Source: Camelus ferus
Taxonomy: Eukaryota
Reading direction: 5' to 3'
Length of the DNA stretch: 64,000 nt
Assembly (NCBI RefSeq): GCF_009834535.1
Contig: NC_045696.1
Coordinates: 44,456,001 to 44,520,000 of the forward strand
A program made the position numbers and the translations under genes. The notes under the pieces are model-generated. The model searched no databases and was not told the DNA's origin. It worked only from the letters and a program-made list of their open reading frames with translations. Positions 1 through 12,590 of this stretch are shown here, in pieces; within the stretch, counting starts at the first letter, position 1; each line of letters starts with the position of its first letter.

Positions 1-200
1 AGTGTATGTATTCCCATGTAAATTGAATAATTTACTGTTGTGTTAATGTTATATACATTTTAAAGTACACAACAAAATAAAAAGAAGTTAAAATGTTATA
101 AAAATAAATATTTAAAAATGTTCTCAACTTTCCTTCCTACCTCCCACTGAGTTATCTCGTGCACCCTCTGACATAGATGTATCCCATTGGAAGAACACTT
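1..200. mobile_element. hAT-Charlie DNA transposon terminal fragment
   Basis: Ends in 'gagttatctcgtgcaccctctg...atcccattggaagaacact', resembling a decayed Charlie terminus. Confidence 0.4.
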
Positions 201-3200
201 TTTAAAATGCATTTGATATACGTTACAAATCTGCAGAGGGAGATATATTATGTACAGAGTCTCTCCAACATATGTAACAATGGAAGCTTCCCTCTCCTCC
301 CCAGGAATCTTTTATGAGTATTTCTTAGAATGTACCTTAAAAATATTGATTTATTCTCCAGAGGTTGCTGATGGATGACCCAGAGCAGTCTGATTTATTT
401 TAACTGAGTTTGCATGATTTTATTCAGCAATGTAGTTAGTCTCCAGTTAACCAGATAACAGTACCTCTGTTTGCCGCAGCAGTCTCCTCTACTCACTCAT
501 TATCTAACAAACATGTAAAGTTCTTTTGGTCTCTTACCAACACTTGGATCGGTTTTAAATACCACATAAAGTTTAGTGGGAAACTTCATGGCTTTTGAGG
601 AGCATAATTTCTTCAGAATGAACAGATATTTTTGGCCGGGGATAAGTAGGTGATAGCTTGCTTGAATTGGCCCTACCCCAAATCACTGTGCAAAGTAAGA
701 GAATCGTTAATGCCCTTCCCCGCTATTGATTTAGGTTGCCCTGTGCCAAAAACATGATCCCTAGGTTATCTATGATTTTCACATTCAAGAGGGTTATAGC
801 TTTAGCCTATGGCCAAGCTTGAGGAAGACAGGTTGTTGGCTGATACCGTAATTAAAGACTAAGAGACATTAACGTGTCGTTTCCCTTTCTTCACCAACCC
901 CTTGACCTAGAGACAAATTTTTCAACATGAGTTAAAAATTTTTAATTTACTTTGTAGTTATCTTATTGGATTTTAAATCAGCTTAGAAAAGAAAAAAATT
1001 TAACTATTTCTGAAATTCTTGCAATAAGGGTAAATTAAACATTGCAGAGTACAATAACTGAATCATATTAACCCAGTGTCATTTGCATTGCTTCTGTGAT
1101 CCCATGAAAGAAAGAGGAAAAGAGAGAAAGAAATTACATAAACATTAGTTAGTGCCTTCTTTCACTTGAAAGGTTTCCAAATGTTAGCCAGGAAAGGGAA
1201 ACATTTTGCAAGGTTTTGTGCCAACTGGAATTGTATTGACATTCATTCTATCCCCACAGGGAAAGAGTGGATGAGACAGTAATTGATTTCTTCCAAAAGG
1301 AACCATCACCCATGACTAACTGTTCTTATACATCATTAGTCAGACAAAAGAAAGTTTCCTAATGGGATTTTAGATTCTCTTGAATCTAAAAAATATATAT
1401 ATGTATATATATTTCCAGATGTTTTAATAATTAAATTTCAAAATTCTATGATGCATCATGTTTTTGTTAATCTCAACTAACTGATAGAGTCATTTAACAT
1501 GAAATTTAATTAAAAAGTAGAACTAATATTGGACAGAATCAAAATAGAAGGTCTAGTGAATAAGGTATCTAGAATGAAGTATTTTGTCATCGGTCATAAT
1601 AGTGTAATTTAATTACCCTACATAGAAGAATATATTGGAGACAGATTAAAAAAAAATTAAGATATTTAAATGGTTGAGCAATAAACAAAGGGTAAGGTAG
1701 ACATAAAAGTTGTCCATCATAAATGTTTTTAGTTCATATCCAGATTTCTCTCTTGAACCTTTAAGAATAAAGAGGGCCTATTTTGGCACTCTGTAATTTA
1801 TCCTAGCTCTTGAACTGGAAAACTACAACTGAAAGGAATCAGAGCCAGACAGTATGATTACAAACATGCAGTCTCATATTCAAAAAAAAAAAAAAAAAAA
1901 AAAAAGAAAACAATGGACTTGCATTAGGTTTTAAATGGCTCCTGTTTCACCCAGTAGACTCTCAAAGAGCAGAGTGTAAAATCTTACCATCTTAGCAGCA
2001 TGTGCTCTCTCTCTCTGCTGCTCCTTCTCTCCTTCTCTCTCTTTCCAAACATATATATATATTTTTTTCTTTTATATTATGTTCCAGTGGGAACAGGATA
2101 TAATCCTCTCTTTGAAGTTGCCATTACACTGTATTTTTGTGGGCTTCTACTTCAGGCAGGCATGAACAGTCTATGATGAAGAATCATATACAGGAGAGCC
2201 CCTTGTCTATAACTAAGTACAAAATGGGGGTAGAAGCAAGGTATCAATCAGACAGTAGGACTTTTATTTCAAGATCTCTTTCTTGAAATGTAGAACACCA
2301 GCTGGCTCTTTCTTTGCTGCATGCTGCTAAGGTGGTGACTAAATTAATAATTTGATTGCCAGGTTTGAAGTCTATTATTAGCAGGGGAGAGGCAAATAAA
2401 CAGGAAGAGATTGCAGAACAATGCTGACTGTAGTCAATACCAAGAACTAAAACCACCCCCTCTGAACAACTAAAATTCAGTGCTGAACATTTGGACACAG
2501 GAAAAACTAATTAAAAAAAAAATCAGCTCCACCCTCCCAAAGTGAGGGAACTGCAAAGCTACGTAAATACTTTCAGAGTTATGAAAGTACTTGAAAGTCA
2601 TGACAGCAGAAGTCAGGGCAATGGGCTCAGGATGAAGCTGACATGAAGAGTCTCCAGCTAGAATAATCCAATTCCAAAAAAGCAATGTTAATAGCACTGA
2701 CTGGGCATCGATTCAAATACCAAATACCCTGACTTTGAGTTCCCTCAAAGAGATATCAAAACTTACTGTACCAATGTTGACTCTCTTCTTTCTACCCGGC
2801 AGCCACAGGCGTAAGTTCCATCCATAGTATCAGAATGTACGTTTACAATTATAATTCATGAATTTGGCAACATTGGTCCTATGTTTCCTTACTTAAAAGA
2901 GCATTTGAGAAACCCAAACTCTGATTACTATCAAACCTGAATGTCCATGTTAACCTAGGCAGTTCTAACTTTATTTCATCTCAGCACAACTCCTTTTCTG
3001 CTGATGAATTAAATAGCAAAATGTTGCTTCAGGTTGTGTTCTAAGGTTGTGCCCTAGAGAGAAATTCAAGAATCAGCTTAGTTGACAGAGCTGCATTTCC
3101 TAGTCTACATTTGATTGAATGTGTTCTGTCCACGAAGTGCTTTGGAGCAAAGATGGTAGGTGATATATAATAACTAAATAGGCAGAATTATATTGGGGCA

Positions 3201-3529
3201 CTTAGGGTGGGAAACAGAAGAAATATGACCATTTATCAATATTGCCATCAGGCTGTTCTAAGGGAACCTTATACAAAACATGTTGTCAATAAGAGCAGAT
3301 TCAGTTACTCACTGGTATTAACATAAGCAAAAATCAATCACTTGGGGAAATAATCATTTTGAAATATTTATTTGGTCATCAAGTTTTGTATCCAAAGTAC
3401 TCATATCCATTAATTTCCTTTCTCCTCATCAATTTTTATCCTATTTTAGTCTTCTATGTTAATACCTTAAAAGTACCTAATTATTTCCTTTCAACAAGTT
3501 TAAATTGCCCCCAACAATACAGATAGCCA

Positions 3530-3660
3530 TCTAAAAAGACTAGGAGAAGAACTACCCTGTTGATACTAGTTGGCCCAGAATTATTGGAAATAATAAGTTT
3601 TTATTTCAAGTTATTAAGTTTTAAAGGTGATTTTTCTGTTGCAACATATATCTAAAAACT
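3530..3660 (+). mobile_element. MLT1 (MaLR) LTR 3' fragment
   Basis: 'gaagaactaccctgttgatactagttggcccagaattattggaaataataag...ttaagtttt' matches the MLT1 3' end pattern. Confidence 0.55.
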
Positions 3661-3919
3661 TATCATAGAAAAAAATTAAAATTTTTGAAATTTGTTCAAA
3701 TTTTAAGTTTTCCACGTTAATAAAATGTGATCGCAAATATGACTATTCCAGCTCAGTCTCCCATGAAACACTGATAGAAAAATCTCTCACACGCACACAT
3801 ATGCCCACACATACACTCATTCTCATACACACACTATATTATTAAATAGAACTGACTCAAACATTAAAAGAATAATAAATATAAACAAGTGATTCAGCAA
3901 GGATCGTGCACTGCTAGGA

Positions 3920-4535
3920 ATATGATGGAGATCTGCGTAATGAGGCATTCTCACATATATTCAGAGGGGACATAAATGGGAATGACTTTTGGGAAGGGAA
4001 TATAACAATATCAAAATTTAACACACGTATGCTTTTTTAATCTAGTAATTCCATTACTAAGTATTTATCTGATGGAAAGATTGAAATTAAAATATGGCCT
4101 AATATATATGATAGATTATTGATTGTGGCATTGTGTGTAATAGTTAGAAACTGAAAAATAAAATCTAAATACCTGTAAATAATAAAATGATTATATGATT
4201 TATTTTTAAAAATTCTTTCTAGGCAGAAGTTTAAAACATAAGTTAAATAAGTGCTTAATGTCTTTAAGAGGGAATAACTGAGGGGAAAAGGTATGTTATA
4301 AAATAGTTTACAATAGAGTAAGTTGTTGATACTATCTGTATAAAAAATGTATATGCCTTTTCTTGAACTTGCACACAAAATTTAAAGAAGGGCACACAAG
4401 ACAACGTGAAAGCCATTACAGTAATTAACATGATGAGTGAAATGGGGAAAGAGGAGAGAGAAGAGAGAAGTTTACTATTTATATTAAACACTTCTATTTG
4501 TTTTTAATTGTTATATGCATGAATTATTTTATTTT
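3920..4535 (+). mobile_element. Ancient L1 (L1ME-type) ORF2 end and 3'UTR
   Basis: 'ggcattctcacatatat...cataaatgg...tctagtaattccattactaagtatttatct' is the decayed DPAIPLLGIYP region, followed by L1ME-like 3'UTR. Confidence 0.75.
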
Positions 4536-4789
4536 ACAGATAGAAGGCTAGACAGATAGAGATAGGCATTCTATGTTTATGCATCGATCTCAGCATCTTC
4601 TGGTGTATTTACTTCTTTTCCTCAAGTACTTCTTGTCACCATTTCAGCTGGGTAGGCAACGGTTTCCCATAATATCTCTTTTTAAATAAAATTTAACACA
4701 TTTTATTACATTTCTTAACTATCTATTAAAAGAGAGAATACAAACGTGTACTTTTGAAACAGTTATTTTACTTCTAGAAATATAGTTTA

Positions 4790-5060
4790 AGGCGGTGTTT
4801 TGCAAACTATAATTTTATTAATTAGTGGGTGGGAAATCAATTTACTGAAAAGAAATCAACATTTTATATAAATACGTTAGAATAGAATAGAAACAAAGAA
4901 AAAACACCAAGTTCATGAGATGTAGAAATGATGAGCACTGTGTTGATGTATACGTGCCTGTTTGTGCACATGCATGAATTATGATGAATATTCATATCTA
5001 AGGTTTTCCCTTTAAATAATGAACCATCAGCCAGCCACGAGCAGGCAGCCACTTTGCCAT
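4790..5060. mobile_element. hAT-Charlie MITE-like fragment
   Basis: 'attagtgggtgggaaatcaattta...ttagaatagaatagaaac' resembles a Charlie-type MITE; boundaries uncertain. Confidence 0.35.
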
Positions 5061-5389
5061 AGATTGTGATTACTGGCTGAAGAGACTGTACCCCCTGTGT
5101 CCTGTTTGCTTTCTGTACATCAGCGCTATATTACTTGGTGCTAAGTTAGAGCCTAATACGCTAACAACAAGGAAAAGCTTAATAACTTATCAAATCATAA
5201 TTTTTGAAGCCCTTTATAGAATTGAAACCACAAGGAAACTTGATGGACTATATTTCAGAAGGAAACAAGCCCTTCTGAGTAGAGCACACGGTTTCATTTT
5301 GTGTAGAGCAAGACATGAAGAAAGGAAGAAGGAGGTCTCCAAAAAAGCAAGAAGGAAACAACTGGAATTCAACAAATTAATAAGTACTC

Positions 5390-5900
5390 CATGTGAGCTG
5401 GTGTAAAGGTAGAATATTTGGGAGCCCCAGATACAAGAGGATTTTTCATCCACCCCCCCAGGTCTTTTTCACAGGCCCTCATGGGGTCCTTACACAAAAC
5501 TGGGGGTGAAGCAGAAGACCTATGAATGCCACCTGGGTGGCGTTGCCATCGAGGGCTGGCATAGGTGTAGGAGTGGAGCAGCAGCATCTGGAGGCACCAG
5601 TCATGCTTCCGGACTCACACGAGCACATGTCAGTGATCAGCAGCTCCTGCAGGACAGGTACAAAATCTGCCCACATTGTGGAACCTTCTCTCATAGAAGA
5701 CAAGTCTGCTGTTAGGGAAGGTGCAGAAGACCTCCCATTCACCAGGACTTGCCGTGATACCTGGCCAACTCAACTATTGCTGGGCTAGGCCTGTACTAAC
5801 AGGCAAAGGCCATCAGCCAGGGGAGAGGCCACACACTTAGACATGCTCAAGGGCCTGTACTGATACAGGCAGAATGCACTGCAGTGGGGGATGAGAGAAG
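5390..5900 (+). mobile_element. Probable ancient L1M 5'-region fragment
   Basis: 'tagaatatttgggagccccagatacaagaggatttttcatccacccc...tcacaggccctc' resembles old L1M 5' sequence; would explain the GC-rich overlapping ORFs here. Confidence 0.5.
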
Positions 5901-6559
5901 GGTTCAGGGAACATTGTTAAGGAGGGAGAACTGGTTGTTTGCCTCTACCTCTACTGGGGCTGGGGGGCAGGAATGCTGAGAAAGTCTCATCATTACACTT
6001 TACTTATAATGTTCATTGTGCTAATATTTGAAAGTAGACTCTTATGAATTCAAGATCTGTATTGTAAAGACTAGAGCACACTTTTTCAACCTGGCACTGC
6101 TGACATTTGTTTTGTTCAACAGTGATGTTCAAGTTGTTAGAACAGTGCCTGGGACAGTGCCTAGAACCTAGATCTCAGGGGAAAATATGTGTTGAATGAA
6201 TAACTGAAATTATGCAGTAATAGGTATTTAATTTCCCCTTGAATCTGCCACTTCCTTATAAGGAAAAGACTTCACCTCTCATTTTGATTTCTGTTATAAT
6301 TTTCCTCCCCATTACAGATTGAGATTAAGTTATTAACATACATTTTTGAGTAGAAATTATTACCTAAAACACAATTATCATTGCCAAGAAAGAATATGCT
6401 TTTTAAAAAATTCACAAGTCCAGATTACAGCCTTCTAAGAAACTAAAACTTACTGATGGGATATAAAAAACCGAACATATCTCGAGAATAGCTACAATTC
6501 AATTTGTCAGTCAATAGAGAACAGTCTACTATAAAAAATGAAAGACGTGATGTGAGTGG

Positions 6560-6860
6560 TATAGGGAGTGAATCCAGGGAGAATTCCTAGACATTTATTT
6601 CTTGAACAAAATGTTGAATAAGGTGTTGGAGCATAGATTGTCAGCTCAGAAAACAAAGGGCATTCTCTAAAGATTAAAAAGCTGACATTAACCATAAGAA
6701 AAGTTAGGCAAATTTTGTTAGAATGGAGCAAAACATTAAAAGTGAAAAACAAAAAAGGAAATATGGAAGCATAAAAAAAATGATAGAAGATGTTCCAAGC
6801 TAAGATGAGAATATAAGGGAGTTTGCCAACAAATTCAAATACATGGAATAAAAATTTAGA
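6560..6860 (+). mobile_element. Ancient L1 ORF2 fragment
   Basis: A-rich; 'tttgccaacaaattcaaatacatggaataaa' resembles the ORF2 YANKFENLDEM region. Confidence 0.45.
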
Positions 6861-7224
6861 ATTGAATTAATAGTATCTCCTAAATTGTTTAGTAAATGAC
6901 ATTATGATTCTTCTTAAATAAATAGCTTTGGGGCACAGTAAGTCAATTCATTGTTATATCCTTCTATGCCAAGCAAAAAGCAATGATGAATAAATATCAA
7001 AAGAAAATCCTAAAAGAAAAACACAGCTTAAAACTATCACAACTATCTCTGTCAAGAATAAATATAACAAAATTACACTGAGTCAAAGTGAACCATGCAC
7101 AGGCACGCTGGGCTCCAGTTCAGAAATAGGCAGTGGCAGACAGGAAACCAGCTCCTACAGGGTAACAGGGGCTGAAGTCCTGCCTACAGGACAGGAAGTC
7201 AGATGTCAGAGTTAAACTGTTCAG

Positions 7225-7395
7225 GAGCTGAAGGAAATCTGCTTGGGTTCACACCCCAGCTCCACCACTAACTAATTGTGACCTTGGGGAAAAGGGGACA
7301 TTAATAACTACCTCATAGGAATATATGAGGATAAATTGAGCCGACACAGGCAGGGCACTCAGAGAGTACCTGGATATCTAGTAAGCGTACTAGAA
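7225..7395 (+). mobile_element. MIR SINE
   Basis: 'gcttgggttcacaccccagctccaccactaactaattgtgaccttggg...ctacctcataggaatatatgaggataaattgag'. Confidence 0.8.
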
Positions 7396-7519
7396 CCCAC
7401 CCCTTCTCACCCATTTAGTGATACAGCTCCAGCATGGCTCCACCCACTTTACATCAAGTTTGTGCTTTCTGCTGGGTAATTCCTAACACCATACAAATTG
7501 TTGACTTCACTATTCCTGC

Positions 7520-9070
7520 TAGCTACTCTCCCATTTCTTGCTCCTCTTTGCAGCAAAACTCTTATAAGCGTTGCCATATTAATGGCTCCAATTCATCTTC
7601 TATTATTAGCTTTTAAATCCACTTCGGGGAATTGTTCACCTCCATTACCTCAATGAAACTGCATTGTTAAGGTTACTAATGACTTCTGCATAGCTATATT
7701 CTAAGGTCAGTTCTCAGTCCCAGTCTTATCTGCCCAATCTGCGACATTTCGTACAGCAGATATTCCTAGTCCTTGGTAAATTATCTTTGCCCCCTGGTTT
7801 CCAAGACTCTAACCTCTTTCACTTTTCCCTTCTTACTTTATTGGGTTTTTTTTTTTTTTTAATCCTTTTTAGGTTCTTCCTTGTCTCCCCAATTACTTAA
7901 TGTTGTAGTAATGTAGGGCTCACTTCTAGGTCCTCTTTTCTTCTCTCTCATGCTCACTCCTTTGGTAATCTCATCAAGCCTGTGGATTTAAATGCTGTCT
8001 ATATGCTGAAAACTCCCTGATTTATGCATTATAGATAGATCTCACTCCCAATTCTAATTCCAAAATCCATTTGCCTACTAGGCATCTCCACTTTAAAATC
8101 TAAAAGACCCCAAACTCAGCAGGTAGAAAATTGAACTCATGGTCTCCCCAGCTTCACGCCAGAGGCTTACTCTATGAGCAGCCTTTACCATCACAGTTGA
8201 TGTCAATCCCAACTTTTCAGTTACTCATACAAAAAAAAAAAAAGAGAGAGAGAGAGAGAGAAAGAACTTTGGTTCATTCTTCTCTGACATAACACATAAA
8301 ATCAATCAGCAAATTCTGTCGGCTATTCCTTCAAACTACATCTGGAATCTTACTACTTCCAGCCACATTCACTGCTACCAACCTAGCAGGAATCCCTTTG
8401 TTGGGCTACTCTGTAGCTTCCCAACTACTCCTGCCTTCACCTCTTACAGTCTACTCTCAACACAGCAGCAAGAGAGACTCTTTTAAAGCTTATGGCAAAT
8501 CATCTTATTTCTCACCACAATTTTTCCCCATGGTTTCCCATCTCACTTAGAGCAAAGGTAAGTTCTTACAATGGCCCACCCACTCATGATCTACCCCACT
8601 TCTTACCTTAATGGTCTGAAATCCTACCACTCTTCTCCTACCAGGCAAAAGGGCCATCTTACCCATCCTCCCATGTTCCAGGCACACCCCTTGAGCATCT
8701 GTGCTCAAGTGGCTCATGAATATGCATCCCCTGGCCCTCTACTGCAGCAGCCGCCTCGTCTGCTTCAAGTATTTGCTCAAATCTCAGATTCTTAATAAGG
8801 CCTACCCTGCCACTTTATTTAATACTGCCACTTGCTCCCAGCCCCCACTCCCAGTTTTTCTTTCTGTACCACATTTGTCTTTTTAAAATTTATGTATAAT
8901 TCCCTAGCATACCCCATAATGTAGTAATTTGTTAGGTTTACCACTTATTATTTGGCTCCTTTACTAGAAGATAAGCTTCCCAAGAACAGAAATTCTCTAT
9001 ATGTTGTTCCCAGTACAGCCAAGCACAGAAAACATTCTCAGGCTCAGTCGTTAACGCTTACAATTTTTGG
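7520..9070 (+). mobile_element. L2 LINE (L2a-like) reverse transcriptase region and 3' end
   Basis: Decayed RT motifs: 'agggctcacttctaggtcctcttttc' (QGSxLGPLLF) and 'ctatatgctgaaaac' (LYAEN for LYADD); typical L2 3' end 'actagaagataagcttcccaagaacagaaa'. Confidence 0.9.
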
Positions 9071-9104
9071 AAGCATTTCTATTAATTGAAATTCATAAAC
9101 TGGT

Positions 9105-9370
9105 CAAGGATGCCCACTATGAAAGCTCAAATCAAACTGAAAGAACTAAGTGAAAGAAACAGTAAAAATAAGAAAAAATAGTAAGTGGCATGATATTTGA
9201 AAAGAAGTACACAAGCTTGTTATAATCTGCAGTCATCTACATAGAAAACCAAACTTCAGATTTTCTAACAACAGAATTCATCAGTACTGCTAGATATAAG
9301 ATTAACTTTAAAAACAGCATTCTCTTGCACCAGTAATGCCATTTAAAAAAATGTAATAGAAAAGATCTTG
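9105..9370 (+). mobile_element. Ancient L1 ORF2 RT fragment
   Basis: 'aaggatgcccactat', 'catctacatagaaaacc' and 'gaattcatcagtactgctagatataagattaac' (IYIENP...EFSKVAGYKIN-like). Confidence 0.7.
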
Positions 9371-9665
9371 CCATGTCATCTGTGGGTATTATGGCTCAGG
9401 GAACCAATATAAGATGCAACTGTTGGGGAAGAAGGCACAGCTCAGTGGAAGAGTGTGTGCTTAGTATGCATGAGATCCTGGGTTCAATCCCCAGTACCTC
9501 CATTAAAAATAAATAAACTTAATTACCCACCCCCCAAAAAAAACCCCAAAAACACTCTTTTTTAATTTTTTTAAAGATGCAACTCTGTCTTCTGTTTAAG
9601 CATTAAGTAGTAAACTATCTGCTCTCTGATCAGAGACTTTGTGTATTCTATCAGAATATGAACAT
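9371..9665 (+). mobile_element. ERVL-class LTR fragment (MER54/MER74 group), interrupted by a SINE
   Basis: 'gggaaccaatataagatgcaactctg...agtaaactatctgctctctgatcagagactttgtgtattctatcag' resembles the reverse complement of the LTRs at 52106 and 63626. Confidence 0.5.
9424..9573 (+). mobile_element. tRNA-Ala-derived camelid SINE (Vic-1 type)
   Basis: A box 'agctcagtggaagag', B box 'ggttcaatccc', tail 'aaataaacttaattaccc'; TSD AAGATGCAACT at 9411-9421 and 9574-9584. Confidence 0.9.
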
Positions 9666-9859
9666 AGATATAAACTTAATAGGCAGTATACTTTCATTTA
9701 TGCATGTGATTTCTATACAGTCAAATCTGTTTTATCTGTTAATTAAAGATAGCCTATAAAATACTACTAAAGTAGTTTTAGCAAAATTTTAATGAATGTT
9801 AGTATCTTGTATTAAATTGCTTATAATATGGCATATTTTATATTTTTATTTGTTTATGA

Positions 9860-10315
9860 CAGTGAATTTTTTAGGTCATTGTACTAATCACGACAGAAAA
9901 TACAAATGAGACTAAGAAATAGTCTCTTTTCTTAATGTTCTTAATGTCTTAGGGAGGATTAAGAGCACACATACACAAAACAACTATGTAATACAGTTCA
10001 GGGTAAGGTCAAGTCCACAAGAAAAAAAAAAATCAAATTCCATGAGCTATCCTGAAAAATGGAGATAAGACGCAACTGTGCACTTAAAGAAATCTTTTAT
10101 GGAGACAATGTCATTTTGATATCATTGAAAATCTAGTAGGAATTCTACAGAACTGTTGGGAGAAGATGTTCCAGAGATGAAAACCAAGAGCAAATATATG
10201 GGTATGAGAAATCATTGGGCATATCAGGTGAGTAGAAATTCCTAGGTGGCTGCCATTTATGGTTTCTGGGGAAAAGGTGGGGTTTAAGCTAGAAGAGAAA
10301 GCATCAGCCATATTT
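9860..10315 (-). mobile_element. L2 LINE fragment
   Basis: Antisense L2 3' pattern 'aagaaatagtctcttttcttaatg...agtaggaattctacag...gttccagagatgaaaac'. Confidence 0.6.
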
Positions 10316-10739
10316 ACAGATTAACATATTCACAGTTGCCTAATTAAAAATTAATTCAAATATTTACTGAATTTGCTTGAAGAATATCAAAATGAATCTG
10401 ACTGAAAAAAAACGGAACTAAAATTCCTTTCCCTTCTCCCTCTTTCTTTCATTTTCCATTTATACATACACTACAGTATCCCTCAAATATCTTTCTTCTT
10501 TTTTTTCAACTTTCCAAATCACTCTTTCTAAAGCAAACATACACATCAGCTCTTTATCCTGCCTTCTCTTATTCAGTGTACATATAGAGGGATTAACATT
10601 TCTTGCGTCTTTATATTTTTTGTTACTTATAATCATCATTGTATAAACTGAAGAAAAAATAGCTTCCAAATGACATTCAGCAAGCAAAACTCACTTTTCT
10701 TAGAGTGTGGTAGAAGAGAGGGATGAAAACTTTATAATT

Positions 10740-10889
10740 AAACTGTATAGCACAGGGTTAGTATATTCAATACCTTATAATACAGATCTTATAGCTTATA
10801 ATTTTAAATAATAGGGAAAGAATATCTGAATCATTATGCTGTACACCAGAAGTTGACACAGCATTGTAAACCAACTACACCTCAATAAA
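10740..10889 (+). mobile_element. 5'-truncated lineage-specific L1 3' end
   Basis: 'ctgtatagcacaggg...tatgctgtacaccagaagttgacacagcattgtaaaccaactacacctcaataaaa'; TSD AAAACTTTATAATT at 10726-10739 and 10890-10903. Confidence 0.9.
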
Positions 10890-11349
10890 AAAACTTTATA
10901 ATTTATTATGTATCCTTATACCCTGTCATATAGAAATTTATCATAAATTGAGCAGAAAATGAGCCATTGAAGATTTATGAGGACAGTGGTAAAATTAGAA
11001 TTACAAATTAGAAAAACTAATCCTTTAGTACACAGGATGCATTAAAGCAAAGGGTGATGAGACATAAGTGAACTAGGTGAGAAGGTCTTAGAAAATCATA
11101 GTAAAGTTCTGGATTAGTATGGAGATGGTGAAGTAACAGTGAGGGCAGAAATGCAATAGATATTGGGGAAGTAGATATGGCTATCGATTGGATGCTAGGG
11201 GTCCAGGGTGTCCAAAAATGTAGATATAAAAAGTCTGGGTAAATATGGAAAAGGATAGTCGTTAGCAATTCACTCAACCTTGATGTCCACTAATAGTTCT
11301 AATTAGTGTGGTTTTACTAGGAATGTGTGCATTTATACATGGCATTATT

Positions 11350-12590
11350 TTGTCAGTGCTCCAATGTACCGACTACCTGACCTTCTCAAAGAGCTTTCTT
11401 CTCTCAACAGAGCTATTCTTGAGGTGTTCTTCCAAGCTTCTCATTCCCAGTCTCCTGTGCTAGATTTTCTTTCCCAGGGGACCCAAATATTAGTGTCATT
11501 TAGGTTCACTCCTAGACATTTTTATCTTATCACTCTATACATTTTCCCATAACAAATCGATTTATTAAGCAAATAACCCATAAAACTGTACCTGAAGCTA
11601 ATTCCTCCCCACTCAACTCCAGAGCAATATCTATACAAACTCAAAATCATTATCTCCACACGCATAACTAAAGGCCCTAAATGTATTACCCTCTCAAAAA
11701 GTAAAAATAATTTTTAAAAAATTCCAACAACTACAAAATCTCATCTCAGTGTTTTCTATATTAGTAATTAACACCACTATCTGCCAACTTATACAAACAA
11801 TAAATCTAGGAGTCCTCATAGAATCTCGCTTCACCCACACGTGCCATCTAATCAATCACCAAGGACTTTCAAGTCCACCTGCTAATTCTTTCTCTCCTTT
11901 CCCTTTCCCCCGTGTTAGTCTGAGCCACTGTCATTTCTCCTGATGAGTCTCTTACTCCTTTCTAATATTTTTTTCACATTGTATCCAGAAAGATACTTTG
12001 AAATGTAAACTGGATCATGTAACTCATCTTTAAAAAATTTTTCAATGTCTTCCTGAATAAATGATAAATGAATAAATAAGATGAAGACCAAAATCATCCT
12101 ACCCTCATATAGAAGCCTCTGCATTTATAAATTCTTTCTCCAACATCCTCTCCCTCTACATACATTATATATAAATATTTTATTAAAATTCAATATATAT
12201 ATTTATAGCAACAAATATTATAGTAGCAAATATTATATGCCACTATTTCTAAAAATACAACAAGTTTGTTTTTACTTTAGGTTCTTGAAATTACTCCTAT
12301 CCCCACCCCTCTCATATTAGGGCTTTTATCCATGATGTCTTCTCTGCCTGCAAATACTCTACATTTTCACCAGAGGATCCTTAAATGAGCTCTCATACTA
12401 GGTTTACCCTATTGTGTTAAGTTTCCATTTTATCGTGTACTTCAACTTTTCAAGCACATTACACTTCTAATTTCTAGTTCAATGTTTGTCTTTTCCATTA
12501 AACTGTAAGATCAATCGCCATTTGTTTACCATTATATCCCCAAGGCTCAACACAGCGCGTGGAGAATAGTCAACTCAATGTTACTTACTT
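11350..12590 (+). mobile_element. L2 LINE
   Basis: 'aaatctaggagtcctcatagaatc', 'aaatgtaaactggatcatgtaactc' and 3' end 'ttaaactgtaagatc...tttgtttaccattatatccccaaggctcaacacag'. Confidence 0.85.

Noticed and set aside
5479..5788. Overlapping ORFs, one with CPHC and zinc-finger-like residues
   Set aside because: No complete zinc-finger spacing, and the DNA resembles an old L1 5' region.
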